From assembly GCA_017547885.1 (NCBI GenBank), contig JAFYOP010000001.1:1500-65499 (forward strand): a stretch of 64,000 nt of DNA, given 5' to 3'. This DNA comes from Clostridia bacterium. GTDB taxonomy: Bacteria; Bacillota; Clostridia; Christensenellales; CAG-138. This document shows, one piece after another, positions 62,243 through 64,000 of this stretch. The stretch's first letter is position 1. Each line of letters starts with the position of its first letter. The position numbers were made by a program, and so were the translations under genes. The notes below the pieces were generated by a model. It did not search any database and was not told the origin of the DNA. It worked only from the letters and a program-made list of their open reading frames with translations.

Positions 62243-62314
62243 TACGCTATTCTTTGGTACTTTCTTTTAAAGAAAGTACGCTTCTTTTGGTTCTTTTCTT
62301 TTAAAGAAAAGAAC
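62243..62314 (+). repeat. Family D twin Py/Pu hairpin module, copy D3 (Py-Py-Pu sense on the plus strand)
   Basis: TACGCTATTCTTTG-GTACTTTCTTTTAAAGAAAGTAC-GCTTCTTTTG-GTTCTTTTCTTTTAAAGAAAAGAAC, ending 8 nt from the serS stop codon. Confidence 0.9.
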
Positions 62315-62322
62315 ATACAAAA

Positions 62323-63591
62323 CTACTTAATGTACTCACAGCCCATATACTTCACCAGCGCATCCGGCACCTTAACGGAGCCGTCGGGCTGCTGATAGTT
62401 TTCAAGGATAGCGGCAACGGTGCGGCCCACAGCCACGCCGGAGCCGTTGAGGGTGTGAACCAGCTCGGGCTTTGCGCCCTTTTCGCGGCGGAAGCGTATC
62501 TGGGCGCGGCGTGCCTGGAAGTCCTCAAAGTTGGAGCAGGAGCTTATTTCAACGTAGCGGTTGTAGCTGGGCATCCATACCTCGATATCGTAGGTTTTGG
62601 CGCTGGAGAAGCCCAGATCGCCGGTGGACAGGGTAACCACACGATAGGGAAGGCCAAGGCCCTGCAGCACACGCTCTGCGTCGGCGGTGAGGGACTCAAG
62701 CTCTGCGTAGGAATCCTCGGGCTTTGCAAACTTTACCAGCTCTACCTTGTTGAACTGATGCTGGCGGATAAGGCCGCGGGTGTCACGTCCTGCGCTGCCT
62801 GCCTCGCTGCGGAAGCATGCGCTGTATGCGCAGTACTTGATGGGCAGCATATCGCCGTCAACTATTTCGCCGCGAAGCATGTTGGTTACGGGTACCTCTG
62901 CGGTGGGGATGAGGAAGTAATCGGTATTGGTCACCTTGAAAGCATCCTCCTCAAACTTGGGCAGCTGACCGGTGCCTGTCATGGAGGCGCGGTTTACCAT
63001 GTAGGGAGGCAGAATCTCGGTGTAGCCGTTTTCGCTGTGGGTATCCAGGAAATAGCTGATGATAGCACGCTCCAGCCTTGCGCCAAGGCCGCGGTATACG
63101 GTAAAGCGTGCGCCGGTTATTTTGCCTGCGGTGGCAAAGTCCAGTATGTTCAGGCCTTCGCCGATGTCCCAGTGTGCCTTGGGCTCGAAATCAAAGGATG
63201 GCACTTCGCCCCAGCGGCGCATTTCAACGTTGTCCTGATCGTCTGCGCCTTCGGGTACGGATTCGTGGGGGATGTTGGGAATGGACAGCAGCATGCCGTT
63301 CATTTCCTCGTCCATGGCGGCAATCTGATCGTCCAGCTCCTTTATCTGAGCGCCGACCTTTTTCATTTCCGCCATCAGCTCGGTGGTGTCCTGACCTGCC
63401 TTCTTCATGGCAGGGACCTTGGCGGATTCTTCGTTGCGGCGGGCCTTGAGCTGCTCTGCCTCCTGCATGAGCTCACGGCGCTTTGCATCCATTTGGATAA
63501 GGCCGGATACGTCCGCGCCCTTGCTGCGGCGCTTTCTCATGGCCTCGGTCAGTGCTTCGGGGTTCTGGCGTATGCGTTTGATGTCCAGCAT
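62323..63591 (-). CDS. serS: Serine--tRNA ligase
   Basis: Track ORF 62323..63693, start set at ATG 63591 after AGGAGGAAAACAATA ([12 protein letters not shown]). Class II motifs [21 protein letters not shown] and GSGVAVGRT. Confidence 0.95.
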   Translation of the reverse strand: MLDIKRIRQNPEALTEAMRKRRSKGADVSGLIQMDAKRRELMQEAEQLKARRNEESAKVPAMKKAGQDTTELMAEMKKVGAQIKELDDQIAAMDEEMNGMLLSIPNIPHESVPEGADDQDNVEMRRWGEVPSFDFEPKAHWDIGEGLNILDFATAGKITGARFTVYRGLGARLERAIISYFLDTHSENGYTEILPPYMVNRASMTGTGQLPKFEEDAFKVTNTDYFLIPTAEVPVTNMLRGEIVDGDMLPIKYCAYSACFRSEAGSAGRDTRGLIRQHQFNKVELVKFAKPEDSYAELESLTADAERVLQGLGLPYRVVTLSTGDLGFSSAKTYDIEVWMPSYNRYVEISSCSNFEDFQARRAQIRFRREKGAKPELVHTLNGSGVAVGRTVAAILENYQQPDGSVKVPDALVKYMGCEYIK

Positions 63592-63641
63592 TATTGTTTT
63601 CCTCCTGATAGAGTGTGAAGTTCGATTTTTTGTTTTATTCT

Positions 63642-63713
63642 CTTCTTTTTCTCTTTCTTTTCGGACGCGAAAAGAAATGAGAAAAAGAAGCAAAAAGAGA
63701 AAGAAAAGCGAAA
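63642..63713 (-). repeat. Family C Py-Py-Pu triplex-type module, copy C3 (sense on the minus strand)
   Basis: The reverse complement reads TTCGCTTTTCTTTCTCTTTTTGCTTCTTTTTCTCATTTCTTTTCGCGTCCGAAAAGAAAGAGAAAAAGAAG. It lies between the stop of 63745.. and the serS start. Confidence 0.9.
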
Positions 63714-63744
63714 GGTTGAAAATGGATGATGTATTAAGGGAACT

Positions 63745-64000
63745 TTAGCTGATCTTTGAAAGCTCTGCGCCCATATCCGCAAAGAAGGCGGTAAGGGCTG
63801 CCTCGTCAGACCAGTCAACTTCATTATAGAGAAGGAACAGCCCAGATGCGGAAACCGCATTATCCTCGCCCGGGGTGAAGGTAATGGCGGCAGAAGGGCA
63901 GTTGTCGAATACGTAGAGATATATTACGCTTTCTGTCAGCGATTCGTCAACAAAGGTCTTTCCTGCGGCGCAGACGGCGGAGGCGGCCAAATTCTGCGCC
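63745..64000 (-). CDS. Hypothetical protein, C-terminal part (gene continues beyond the window end)
   Basis: The frame of track ORF 63745..63990 stays open to the window edge. No family recognised. Confidence 0.4.
   Translation of the reverse strand, partial: AQNLAASAVCAAGKTFVDESLTESVIYLYVFDNCPSAAITFTPGEDNAVSASGLFLLYNEVDWSDEAALTAFFADMGAELSKIS

Noticed and set aside
63592-63744. A T-box leader upstream of serS, as is common in Firmicutes.
   Set aside because: The spacer is only ~150 nt and is mostly occupied by the C3 module. There is no specifier-loop architecture, no AGAGA/GNUGGNA elements, and no T-box sequence or terminator/antiterminator pair.
1-64000. A search for an autonomous mobile element, prophage, toxin-antitoxin pair or defence island that could explain the repeats.
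   Set aside because: No ORF resembles a transposase, integrase, recombinase, nuclease-helicase defence component or phage structural protein. Hypothetical genes are small membrane or acidic proteins embedded in housekeeping operons. The repeats are therefore reported as non-autonomous elements of unknown origin.

Overview
This is a chromosomal segment from a moderately GC-rich, spore-forming Firmicute, Clostridia-like by gene content (spoIID, glgB-glgC-glgD-glgA, FloA/NfeD, single-chain purL, heavy use of the ATA Ile codon). The taxon cannot be fixed from the sequence alone. I call 58 protein-coding genes (two cut by the window edges), one tRNA-Ser(GGA), one ZTP (pfl) riboswitch and about 20 intrinsic terminators. 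The riboswitch sits ahead of a contiguous minus-strand string purE-purC-purF-purM-purN-IMP cyclohydrolase-AICAR transformylase-purD-purL-guaB-fhs. Coding content is ordinary housekeeping: glycogen synthesis, purine/folate metabolism, pgi, serS, tsaD, udk, peptidases, L-serine dehydratase, a sugar-type ABC transporter and COG0523 metallochaperones. I see no transposase, integrase, phage, CRISPR-Cas or recognisable defence genes.

The unusual part is non-coding. Almost every larger intergenic spacer carries members of four interrelated structured repeat families.
- **Families C and D:** pyrimidine-pyrimidine-purine modules (3 copies each) whose three tracts are at once mirror and inverted repeats. 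That is the layout of an intramolecular triple helix / H-DNA. One three-strand compensatory change separates two D copies. Five of the six modules lie between a stop codon and its terminator.
- **Family A:** about 185-bp quasi-palindromic MITE-like elements (6 copies plus fragments). Their arms carry invariant G3-N-G2-N-G3-N-G3 / C-run motifs.
- **Family B:** a roughly 115-140-nt multi-hairpin element (2 copies, plus a chimeric third fused to a family A end).

The triplex-type modules are the best candidate for something undescribed. Their function, and whether they act as DNA or RNA, is inference only.
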